A stretch of DNA of 64,000 nt from the human T2T-CHM13v2.0 reference genome, Homo sapiens: NCBI RefSeq assembly GCF_009914755.1, contig NC_060932.1; one strand, written 5' to 3'. Positions 1 through 12,203 of this stretch are shown piece after piece (the stretch's first letter is position 1; each line of letters opens with the position of its first letter). A program made the translations under genes and the position numbers. Below the pieces are notes generated by a model. It ran no database searches. It saw only the letters and a list, made by a program, of their open reading frames with translations, and was not told the DNA's origin.

Positions 1-589
1 CATGCAATTACTTTTCAAACAGGCTATTTACAGCCCGTCAGACAGAGCCTGCAGGGAGTGGGAATTGTGTAGTCTGAGACTGGACAGGGCTCCGAGAGGC
101 AGGGAAGTGAGCATCAGGGCTGGCTCATTGATGTGTGAGGCAGAGAGACAGACCCACAGCAGGGAGCCAGCAATTGGGAGAGGATGGAAAGGGCAGTCAA
201 GATCCCCTCTCTGATCTGCCGCCTCACCACTGACACTTCTGCAGGAGCCCAGCTCCTCACTGTCCTGGTCAAGTCCACCAGGGCCACCCCCTCTCCAAGA
301 CTCCACCTTCACTGTCTTCCCCACCCACTGCCCCTCCTTGTCTTTCTCCTGGTCCTCAGCCTGGTTTCTACCGCCCTGGGCAAAACTCCCCTGAGTGCCC
401 CCACCCACCCCAATAACTTACTTTCTGAACCATTGGAACCTTAATTCTTATTGCCATTCACTTCCCACAGATTGTTTTGTCAGTGTCATCTGTTCCCAGC
501 TAAAATTCATTGTCTTATTTTTCATTTGTGTACTCCTGTGATCTTAGTCTAGTGAACAAGATCACTGAATCACTTCTGACTTGATCACC

Positions 590-730
590 ACATGCCTCCG
601 TTTCCTTGTTCATGAAATGGGATTCAAAATAGTACTTTATTCTTAGGGTTGCTGTGAGGGCTATAGCAGTGACTGCTAGTTACGTGCTTAGCACAGTGCC
701 TGGTTTAGAGTGCAAACTCAGTCAACATGG
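590..730 (+). mobile_element. MIR SINE fragment
   Basis: MIR core (cctccgtttcct...tgaaatggg...agggttgctgtgagg...gtgcttagcacagtgcctgg). Confidence 0.8.
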
Positions 731-1424
731 AACGGACACATGTGAGGCCTTGGCTTGCTAGGGACCTGTTCGGTGTTTCTGGGGCTCAGATAAAACCACG
801 ATGGTCAGGTCACTCTTTCACTTCTTCCACATTTTGACTCATTTAAGTTAGAATAGGAAAAATGTATATAATTATAGGATGTATTTTAGAAGAGTTTCTT
901 GCAAGTCTTTTTGGTTTGGAACCATTTAAATTAGTTCTGCATAGTCAAGACCTAAAGACCTGTATTCCAATACCTTTATTGGAACTGCTTATATTAGTAT
1001 GTATAGACAAGATCTGAAAGTCCTCTTTTGTGCTTACTAGAGAGGAATTTCAGAACTGTTATATATACCCAATACAGGTTTTGGTCAGCCTCATTTTCAA
1101 AAGGGATTGTTCCCCAGGGTCATTTACGATTATTAGAGTGAGGCAGATCTTCAAAGGCATGTCTGTGTTAGGGGAAGCAACTGGGACCTTATTGCCATGC
1201 TGGGTTGATTGTGCTGAAGATGAGAACATTCGATGATGTCATTTAGGGATGGCCTTGGCAGATACTGCACCTGCTCCTCTTTTAGGTATGGCTCCTCTTA
1301 GTTAGATACCGGATTGGGACAGCTGTCCCCTTTGCCTAAGTATAAAGCAACTCTGAGCCCCTCGAGGAAAAACACTGGAGAGCTAAAATCAGAGCAGTGC
1401 TTAGATCTTAGCTCAGACTTCATG

Positions 1425-1865
1425 CTGCATCTCCTCTGTTTGTCTTCCACATCCTTCTCTACCCCAATCTTTGCTCTCAGTCCAGGGACATTGACCTCTG
1501 GGGACTGTCTCAATTTGCCCTTTTGCCCTCTGGTTTCTACCTGGGTTTAGCCGATGGGAGGCACCAACAGGAAATCAGAGAGAGAGGTTGGAATAATTAT
1601 TCCTTTGGTTCTTTCCTTCTGTCCTGCAGATTGGCAGAGGTTGATCTCTCTGTGTAAGGCCACAGCTTCACCAGGGCTGCGGTCACCTATAACTTTCTAG
1701 TGTCTTTCTGGCGGCTATTCCCTCCTTTGCCTTGAGAGCCAAGGGATGGGAACAGCCCTTGTTGTCCTGACATATTTCACTACTTCTCTTAATGCTTCTC
1801 CTAACTTTGTAAAACAGCCTCTGCATTAAACTTTGCTCAAACATTCAGTTGTTCTCCCCCTGACA
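1425..1865 (+). mobile_element. LTR33-like ERVL solo LTR
   Basis: ttgccctctggtttctacctgggtttagccgatgggaggcaccaacaggaaatcagag resembles LTR33 consensus. Confidence 0.7.
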
Positions 1866-2465
1866 TCTATGAGGCAGCTTGGTACAAGTGGAAAAGAGTG
1901 TAGGTTCTGCAGTGAGATTTTCTGGGTTCATACACCACTTAACATTTTAAGTTTCTCTTTAAAAATTAATTTTAAATCTGTAATTGATATATAATAAGCA
2001 TGCATATTTATGGGGTACAGTGTGATGTTTCAATACATGTATACATTGTATAATGATCAAATCAGGGTAATTAGCAGATCCATCACTTTAAACATTTATC
2101 ATTTCTTTGCAGTGACAACATTCAAACTCTTCTAGTTTTCCCAAAATATACACTACATTGTTATTTGCTATAATCACCCTACTGTGCAATAGAACACAAG
2201 AACATATTCTTTCAGTCTAACTGTAACTTTGTAACTATCGACCAACCTCTTGCATTACTCTCCTCTCTGCCTCCCAGCCTCTGGTAATCACTATTTACTC
2301 TCTAATTCTATGAAATCAACGTTTTAAGATTCCACATATGAGCTAGACATACAGTGTTGGTCTTTCTGTGCCTGGCATATTTCACTTAACATAATGTCCT
2401 CCAGGTTCATTCACCCTGTCGCAAATGACAGGATTTCATTCTGTTTTATGGCTGAATAGTGTTCT

Positions 2466-2467
<2 letters not shown>

Positions 2468-2514
<47 letters not shown>
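2468..2514. repeat. (TG)n(TA)n microsatellite
   Basis: direct reading. Confidence 0.95.
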
Positions 2515-2515
<1 letters not shown>

Positions 2516-3330
2516 AAATTTTCTGTATTCATTCTTCTGTAGATGGGCATTTAGGTTGATTTCATATCTTGGCTATTGTAAATAGCACTGCAGTAAACAC
2601 AGGAGTGCACATATCTCTTCAATATACTGATTTCATTTCTTTTGGATATACACCTAGCAATGAAATTGCTGAATCATTTAATAGTTTACATTTTAATTTT
2701 TTGAGGTACTTCCATACTATACTATAAAGGCTATAGTTTTTTTACATTCCTACCAATAGTACCTAATAGTTCCCATTTCTCCACATCCTCACCAGCTCTT
2801 GTCACATTTTGTTTTTTCGATGATAGCCATCCTAACTGGGGCAGAGTGATATCTCATTGTGGTTTTGAATTGCATTTCCCTGATAATTAATGATGTTGAG
2901 GACTTTTTCATGTATCTGTTGGCAATTTGTATGTCTTTTTTTGAGAAATGTCTATTCAGGCTTTTCCCCCTTTTTAAATCTGATGATTATTGTTGTTTGC
3001 TATTGAGTTGTTTGAGTTCCTTATATAGTCTGGATATTAACTACTTGTTAGATACACAGTTTTTCTCTCATCCCGTAGGTTGTTTCTCCACTCTATTGTT
3101 TCTTTTCCAGTACAGAAGCTTTTTAGTTTGATGTAATCCTATTTGCCTATTTTTGCTTTTGTTGCCTGTGGTTTTGAGGTCTTATTGAAAAAATCTGCAC
3201 TCAGTCCAATTTTATGCAGTGTTTCTCCAATGTTTTCTTGTAGTAGTTTTATAGTTTCAGGTCTTGCATTTAAGTCTTCAATCTATTTAGAGTTGATTTT
3301 TGTATATGGTGAGAGATAGGGGTATAGTTT

Positions 3331-3655
<325 letters not shown>

Positions 3656-3777
3656 AGGGGTCTAGTTTTAATCTTCTGCAGGTGTATATCCACTTGTCCC
3701 ATCGCCATTTATTGATGGGATGTCCTTTCTCCAATGTGTGGAAGACATGTGTGGAGTTGAGCGAAGATATTGAACTG

Positions 3778-4175
3778 TGTAATGGTTAATACTGAGTGTC
3801 AACTTGATTGGATTGAAGGATACAAAGTATTGATCCTTTGTGTGTCTGTGAGGGTGTTGCCAAAAGAGATTAATATTTAAGCCGGTAGGCTGCGGAGGGC
3901 AGATTCACCCTTAATCTAGTGGACACAATCTCATCAGCTGCCAGCGAATATAAAGCAGGCAGAAAAAACGTGAAAAGGAGAGACTGGCCTAGCCTCCCAG
4001 CCTACATCTTTCTCCTATGCTGGGTGCTTCCTGCCCTCGAACACTAGACTCCAAGTTTTCCAGTTTTGGGACTCAGACTGGCTCTTCTTACTCCTCAGCT
4101 TGTAGACAGCCAATTGTGGGACCTTGTGATCATGTAAGTTAATACTTAATAAACTATTCTTTAAATATATATATA

Positions 4176-4225
<50 letters not shown>

Positions 4226-4264
4226 CCTATTAATTTTGTCCCTCTAGAGAACCTGACTAATACA
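3778..4264 (+). mobile_element. MLT2A (HERV-L) solo LTR
   Basis: tgtaatggttaatactgagtgtcaacttgattggattgaagg...gactaataca; perfect 5-bp TSD AACTG (3773-3777/4265-4269); internal (TG)n. Confidence 0.92.
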
Positions 4265-4377
4265 AACTGGTATTGAGCTGACCGATCTAAAGAAAAATTT
4301 CCAGGGAATAAGATTGGGCAGATAATAGCTAAGAATACTGGAGGATGCTGGGGAGTAGGAGGGGTATAGAAGTATTC

Positions 4378-4689
4378 TTTTTTTTTTTTTTTTTTTTTTT
4401 TTGAGACAAGGTCTCACTCTGTCACCCAGGCTGAAGTGCAGTGGCATGATCATGACTCACTGCAGCCTCAACCTCCTGGGTTCAGGTGATCCTCCCAGCT
4501 AAGCCTCCTGAGTAGCTGGAACTAAAGGTGTGCACCACCATGCCCGGCTCATTTTTTTTTCTTGTATGTTTTGTAGAGACAGAGTTTTGTCATGTTACCC
4601 AGGCTGGTTTTGAACTCCTGGACTCAAGCAACCCTCCCACCTCAGCCTCCCAAAGTGTTGGGATTACAGGCATGAGACACTGCCTGGCC
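4378..4689 (-). mobile_element. AluJ
   Basis: dimeric Alu with J-type features, poly-T, TSD agaagtatt. Confidence 0.93.
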
Positions 4690-4929
4690 AGAAGTATTAT
4701 TTTTGAGTGTGGTTATTTGAAGAAGTATAGGCAGGACTTTTTGGCCAATGTAATATTCCTCCAAAGTGCTGGAAGGCTAGAATTCCATTCAGCTCTCCAA
4801 TCTTCCAGGCATAGGTGAACTCTATTCTAGACTGGAGTTTCTCGTCCCACATTGCCAATTCAATTTTTCCTCAGTTTGATTCTTCTTAGAGTGGTTGATG
4901 AGCTTCTGTTTCTCTTATAATATGTGGGA

Positions 4930-5477
4930 CATCTTGGACCCTCCATCTTACACCTTCCCGACTTACTTACCTGTGACTTTGGCAATTACTGCAACAGCAG
5001 GTTGCATGCACAGGTAGTCTGATCAGAGTGGCTAGAGCCTTGTGACTTTTCTCTTACTTTCTGCTCTTGAGCTTCTCTGTGTCTACCTTGGAGGATGCTG
5101 TGGGATATTGCTCAGTTGTGCTGGTTCAAATACCCATGTGGAAGAGCTAGGGAGTTAAACAATGTCTGGGCAAATTCTTTACCGGTGGATAAGGAGCCAA
5201 TGCATGAATATTTCCCTCTCCTTATTGTGGACAATTCTGAAGCAGGGTACACAACTCTTCAAGGGCCTGGTGGGATTGAGTCTCAGTTATTTGCGACTAC
5301 TGAATCAACTCAGTCATACACACTGGGATTGACTTTTTCTCCTTTCCCTTTTTACTCTTCCCATTCCCTCCAACCCATTCCATAGGATTGCCATCCCAAA
5401 TAAACTACATACTGGCAAGCCCTTGTCACAAGTTCTGTGTTGTTTTATGCATGATGAATATATTCTAAGCTAAGACA
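4930..5477 (+). mobile_element. LTR16-like ERVL LTR
   Basis: gggattgagtctcagtt...cccaaataaactac...ctaagctaagaca 3' end; 5' boundary approximate. Confidence 0.65.
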
Positions 5478-5781
5478 TCATTTTATTTGGTATTCAGTTA
5501 TTATATGCATTTTATGGTTGCATTTTATGCTACTTTAATGAACATAGTTTATACTCTCTTAATAATCCACAAATAGCTGGAAGTGAGCCCTTCATAAATA
5601 AGACCACGATTTCAACAATGAGTCTTAATGGCCATCTTCTTCAGTGAGTTACAAATTCCAGCAAGCTTGGCATCTGTTGAAGCAGGATGGTCCAGTGGAA
5701 AGAACGATAAAGCGGGAGTCAGGAGCATCAGCTCTTTGATCCAGCCCTATCATTCTCTAATTATATGATTAAAAATACTTG

Positions 5782-6150
5782 TTTTAACAGCTGTATTGAG
5801 ATATAACTTATATACCACAATAATCACCCAATTAAGGTGTATAATTCAATGGTTTTGAGTATTTATAGAGTTATACAAACATCTCCATAATCTAATTTTA
5901 AAACATCTTTGTTACCCCCCAAATAAATCTTGTGCCCATTAGCAGTCACTCCTCACTCCCCTAATTGTCCCTTCTCACTCCCCAGCTCTTTCCCCCGCCT
6001 TCCAGATTCAGGCAGCAACTGATTTACTTTCTATTTCTATAGATTTGCCAATTCTGGACATTTTGTATAAATTGGATCAGGCAGTTTTGGTCTTTTGTGA
6101 CTAGATCCTTTCACTGTGCAGAAAGTGTTTGATGTTGATCTATACTGTAG
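5782..6150 (-). mobile_element. L1MB-type 3' end inserted into a MIR (MIR halves ~5680-5770 and ~6153-6250)
   Basis: ttttaacagctgtattgagatataacttatatacca...aattctggacattt. Confidence 0.8.
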
Positions 6151-6299
6151 TGTTGGCTGTGTGATTCTGAGTAACCACTAACCTCTGTGTCCTGCTTCCT
6201 CCTCTGCTCCCTGGAAGAGGTCTCTGAGGTCCTTTCCAGCCCTAGGAGTCTCAGGCAAGCAATGTTAAGTAGCACAGAAACCTAGAGGAACTATGGGCC

Positions 6300-6720
6300 C
6301 AGTGTTTAATTTTTCAGCTATGAGCTAAAAGAAGAGGAACAATGTTTATTGCTGAGCTCCTATTCGACAGTTGATACCCGTGTGTGCACAGAAACCAATT
6401 ACCTATGAGGAGTAATTGAAATCATTAATACCCACAAACAAATGTGTCTATTCTGCAAGTAATTTGCAGTAACATTTAGTAATTGATAGTAATTTTTAGT
6501 AATTAAACACTAAGTAGTTAATTTGCCAAGCTACACAGCCATTTTAATGGGGTTCCTTGGTGTTCCCACAGCAAATCTTAATTACTTAACCCAAGCACCA
6601 CGAATATTTCTGTCATTTCTGAAAAAATATACAGCATGTGCTATTCTGGGTAAGCTGCAGTAGAGAGGAAGCCAAGGAGAGGAATTATTTTCCTGGGCAG
6701 TAGTAATTAAAAGACTGAAG
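6300..6720. promoter_or_regulatory. TAAT-rich unique island with 10-bp phased AGTAA array; candidate conserved non-coding or MER121-like element
   Basis: AGTAA at 6458, 6468, 6478, 6488, 6498; further AGTAATT at 6411 and ~6702; ttgccaagct at ~6523-6532. Confidence 0.5.
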
Positions 6721-6759
6721 CTATCGTTTGGGCCAATAAAAGGTCGTGGAGTGAATCCC

Positions 6760-6816
6760 TGTGTGTGTGTGTGTGCGTGTGTGTGTGTGTGTTTGTGTGT
6801 GTGTGTATATATATAT

Positions 6817-6867
<51 letters not shown>

Positions 6868-6875
6868 ATCTATCT
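6760..6875. repeat. compound (TG)n(TA)n(TATC)n microsatellite
   Basis: direct reading. Confidence 0.95.
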
Positions 6876-7121
6876 GTATTTTGTCTCTGCTTCACAGAAA
6901 GTCAAAGTGAAATCTGGGTTATAACAACTTATTTCTCTCTCCTCCTTCTCCTAAATGTTTTGGCCCAGACTTTATGAGGTTTGTTCAGGCTATTACAAAC
7001 CCACGTCTGAGTTGCTTGTGGCAGGGAGCAATCATAGAAACCCACTTTTTTCTTCAGGATACCATCTGCAGTTCTGATTTTGATATTCCCATTCAATAGG
7101 CCATTCGTAGTGATTTATTAG

Positions 7122-7705
7122 CTGTAGAGGACAGATAGTAGCTTGCTCAGCATCTTGCCCTCCTTCCTTTTTCTTCACAGTACCCCAAATTTATTCCGGA
7201 ATCCATCCCTTTTCCTTGCAGCCTATGTGATTGGGTGAAGCTCTTGCTGGGGTGGATCTTGATTAGTCTAAGCCAGTCATGGTGATTCCACTACAGGCTC
7301 TTGCTGGAGACCGGTTCAGGAAGTCAGGCTGCTATTGGTCCGGGAGTGATCATGTGACTCTAGCTGGCTCAGTGAGAGAGAAGAAAAGGGCGTTTCTTTC
7401 GCAGGTAGGAGAGAGACTGTCTTCCCTCTCCCTGCCTTTCTGGGTATGAGGAAGGGAGCACATTGGCTGCAGGGGCTGCAGGCAGCCATCTTGACGCCAC
7501 GTGGGAAACGAGGTCTCAGAACAAGGTCTACCCAAAGATGGATGGAGTCAAGAGAACTGCAGAGAAACTGAACCTAAGTTCTACTGTGCCTAGAGTTCTA
7601 TTTTCTCAACTTCTAGTCAAGCGAGATGATACATTTTTCTCAGGTTTTTGTCAAGTTTGAACATGGCTGTCTGCCATTTGCAGCCCCAAGTATCTTGACT
7701 CATTT
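7122..7705 (+). mobile_element. MLT1K/L-like MaLR LTR
   Basis: gattagtctaagccagtcatggtgattcc...gctgcaggcagccatcttg. Confidence 0.7.
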
Positions 7706-8254
7706 GACACCAGTCTTCATCTTTCACCCTAATCCAATTGCTGCATTCCTGAAATAAGTCTCCATACTTGGCTCACGTATTATTGTCACGGCTTGTGCCA
7801 CTTGTCTCTTTCTGGGGGAGATTCTGCACAAGCAACACTGTGAACTTTCAAGCTCGGCTCCAGGCCCACCTCCTCTGTGGAGCCTTCACTGAGCACCTCA
7901 GTCCTCTATGAAATTCTGTAAGTTGTTGTCTGAGCTCCGTATTTGACATTCCTCATTTACAGACAGCATGTACACATCTTCTCAACTACATTCTGCACAA
8001 CAGTGATGGTGTCATCTGACCTGACAATCCGGAGGGGAAGATGAACTAGACACCCATAGAAACTAACACCAAGAGGTCTTGTCGAGGTAGAAAAGAGAGA
8101 GAAGTCTGGCAAACACTGCAGACATTCAGAGGAGGAGGAGGCCATTTTGGACAAGTTTAGCTGGGAAGATGGGGAAGTTTCTTGAAGAGTTAGAACCAAA
8201 ATGGGAGCTTTAAAATGCAGAGGATAAAGGTTATATGTGAATGTATTCTTTTAT

Positions 8255-8480
8255 TCATTTTGTTATTATTTATTGAACATCTACTCTATACCAAGCATCG
8301 TGCCAATTTTTTCCTCCCATGTATCTCGTCTTATTTAAATTTCAAAACAACATCTATGGAATATATATGGTTTCCATTTTACAAATGGAGATACTTGTCA
8401 TCAGAGAGGTATATAATTTTTCCCCAAAGTTGGGAATAGGCATCAAACCTAGATCTCTTCACCCAAAGTTCAAAGCAGTT
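8255..8480 (-). mobile_element. MIR
   Basis: ccattttacaaatggagatact...cagagagg core in antisense. Confidence 0.75.
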
Positions 8481-8516
8481 TCTATACCTCACAGCTACAG
8501 TCCAACTCTCATCAAA

Positions 8517-9152
<636 letters not shown>

Positions 9153-9164
9153 CCTGCCAGGATA

Positions 9165-9495
9165 TTTTTAATTTCGTGTAGCAAGAACATTTAACATAAA
9201 GTCTACGCTTTTAGCAAATTATGACGTTTACAGCACAGTATTATTAACTTGAGGCATGATGTTTTACAGCAGATCTCTAGAACTTACTCATCTTGCATTA
9301 TTGAAGCTTTATAACATTGAATAGCCATGCCCCATTCCCTTTCCCTGTAGCCTCTGGCAGCCCTCATTCTACTCTCTGTTCCTATAAGTTTGACTATTTT
9401 AGAGACCTCATGTGAGTGAAATCCTACAGTATTTGTCCTTCTGTGACTGGCTTATTTTACTTAGCATAGTGCCTTCCAGGTTCACCTATGTTCCC
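9165..9495 (-). mobile_element. L1MA/L1MB 3' end fragment
   Basis: cagcagatctctagaacttactcatcttgcat...agtttgactattttagagacctcatgtgagtg. Confidence 0.8.
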
Positions 9496-10797
9496 AGGAC
9501 TTCAAATCATGAGACTATGGAGAAGTAGGCAGGGAGGTTGAGGGACACTTACTTCTCCCACGTCTCCCTCTCTCCCATGCCCAATCCTCACCACCTCACA
9601 GAGCTCACGGATGATAGTAGAAACCTCCCCAGCAGCGTTGGCCTTTATATCCCGGTGTGCTCCATTGGCTGGCTCCAACCGGTTTATCAGCTCAAGACTG
9701 TTAATTTAGCAATCTGCAAAGGTCCCAGATGAAAAGCTTTCGCCTGCTCTCTTTCTAGAGCCTGACATAATTAGCTACATTTCAGCCCCACCTTCTATTT
9801 TCTCCTGTAACGAGCAGTGCCAATCCTGAATCACTTTAAGGGAGCGAGCTGCCCCTTGGTATCAATTAAAAGGGAAATGCTTTTCAATGCATAAACTATA
9901 ACAATTGTGAACAGGTACAAAGAAAAATCTAGAGGTTCTGGCACTGCTAACAGACCATGGCACTTTGCAGAGATTGTCTTACACGCTTTTGGAGGAAAAA
10001 CAAAAACAGGTCCAGCATGCTAGGTAATATGTTACTCCTGAGGGTAAAGGCTGCGCTTGAAAATCTACAAGCCAGAGATTTGGGAGCAGTCCAGTGAGCA
10101 GGCCATTCGTGTGTGCTGAAATAGTTCAGCTGGGTCTTCTTGTCCTCTCAGATGAAGAAACCATGTACAGCCCTAGTGAGTCACGTCTGGGAGAAATGAT
10201 TTACGATGAGTGTTTTAGCCTGGTGTGATGTTACATCTCTCTCATTTTCCTCCCCTGAAGTGAACAATCATGCAAGCCTTTTCCTAGGTAGGGGGTGACG
10301 GGGAGGTAGTGGGAGGCTTCATTAATCTCTGGGTTCTCCAGGAAAGCCAATTTGATCATCGTGGAATATCAAGCACTCTGAGTGTATTGTTGCTTGTTAG
10401 CTTGGATGTGTGCCCTCCAGAAACTCCATGCTGGGAAGACTAGTCCACGTGCTAGGGCTGGATGTGAGAGGAGGGGCTGGGAGAGGAGGGGTGTGGTTGC
10501 CAATCTATTCAAATTATACCTGCAGCCAAGCCTTGTGTGGATCAGGTAGATACCTGTTAACAGAGTCACCCAGGCAAAACTGGGATGCTGGCAGGGTTAT
10601 TTTTTGGGTCCTCCAGCTGATTCTTTGAAGTCTTGTCATCTCTTTGAGTCATCCTGTCCTTAATTTTCTGAGATTGGGAGCAGTCATTTACATGTTAGTG
10701 TCAGTGCCTTTTGGCACCGGGACATCTGTTTCTCTCTTACTTCTGGTGTTAAAGAAAAAATTATTTGATGATACTGTACTTGTTAAAGCATGGTAAG

Positions 10798-11172
10798 TTA
10801 TATGGTTTGGCTGTGTCCATACCCAAAATCTCATCTTTAATTATAATTCCCATAGTCCCCACGTGCCAAAGGAGAGACCAACTGAAGGTAATAGAATCGT
10901 GAAGGGTGATTTTCCCTTCTATTCTCATGATAGTGAGTGAGTTCTCACGAGATCTGATGGTTTTATAAGTGTGTGGTAGTGCGTCTTGTGTTCTTTTTCT
11001 TCCTGCCGACTTGCAGAGAAGGTGCATTGCTTCCCTTCACCTTCCACCTCATGTGCAAGCTTCTTGAGGCCTCCCCAGCCAAGCAGAACTGTGAGTAAGT
11101 TAAACCTATTTCCTTTATAAAGTACCCAGTCTTGGGCAGTTCAGTTTAGCAGTGTGAGAACGGACTAATACA
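10798..11172 (+). mobile_element. THE1D-like MaLR solo LTR nested in MER31 3' LTR
   Basis: atatggtttggctgtgtcc...gaacggactaataca; perfect TSD GTAAG. Confidence 0.9.
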
Positions 11173-11351
11173 GTAAGGAAGACTTTATTCAGGACAATCA
11201 CAATAGCTATATAACCACTGCAATGGGGTCTTATAGTGGGGGAGAGAGACTGGGCTCAACTCTGAATACAGCATGAACAAGTGGAAATGTACAGCCAAGG
11301 AGCAGTGCGGGGCTTAGTGGATGGAAAATTGTTAAGAGTAAGCATCAGGGG

Positions 11352-11702
11352 CGCTATAGTTTGAATGTCCCTCCCAAAACTTCTGTTGAAGTTTAATTGC
11401 TATTGTGATAATATTAAGAGATGAGACCTTTAAAAGGTGATTAGGTAATAAGGGCTCCACCTTCATGAATGGATTAATGTCAGTACCATGAGAGTGAGCA
11501 ACTGATAAAAGGATAAGTTTGTACTTGATTTTCTGTCTGTCACACTCTCAATTCTACTTTCTGCTATGAGATGAGCCTCGCCAAATGCTGCACCATGTTC
11601 TTCACTTCTCAGCTTTCAGAAAGCTGAGCAAAATACATTTCTATTTCTTAAAAATGACCCAGTCTGTTGTATTGTTATAGCAGGGGAAAACAAACTAAGA
11701 CA
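11352..11702 (+). mobile_element. MSTC/MSTD-like MaLR solo LTR nested in MER31 3' LTR
   Basis: gctatagtttgaatgtccctcccaaaac...aaactaagaca; perfect TSD AGGGG. Confidence 0.85.
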
Positions 11703-11810
11703 AGGGGTAAAGACAATTCTGTATTAACCAATCTCACATGATTCTGGTTAAAGACAGCCCAGGTGATCAGACTTCACCTAAGGAATGGTAGAAGATGAAA
11801 ATCTGATCAG

Positions 11811-12203
<393 letters not shown>

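Noticed and set aside
6458-6507. Repeat-spacer pattern as a CRISPR-like array
   Set aside because: Units are only 10 bp, no cas genes, mammalian context; kept as a phased motif array.
6815-6875. Identity with a forensic (TATC)n-AATC STR such as D13S317
   Set aside because: Flanks do not match what I recall for that locus; identity not assignable.
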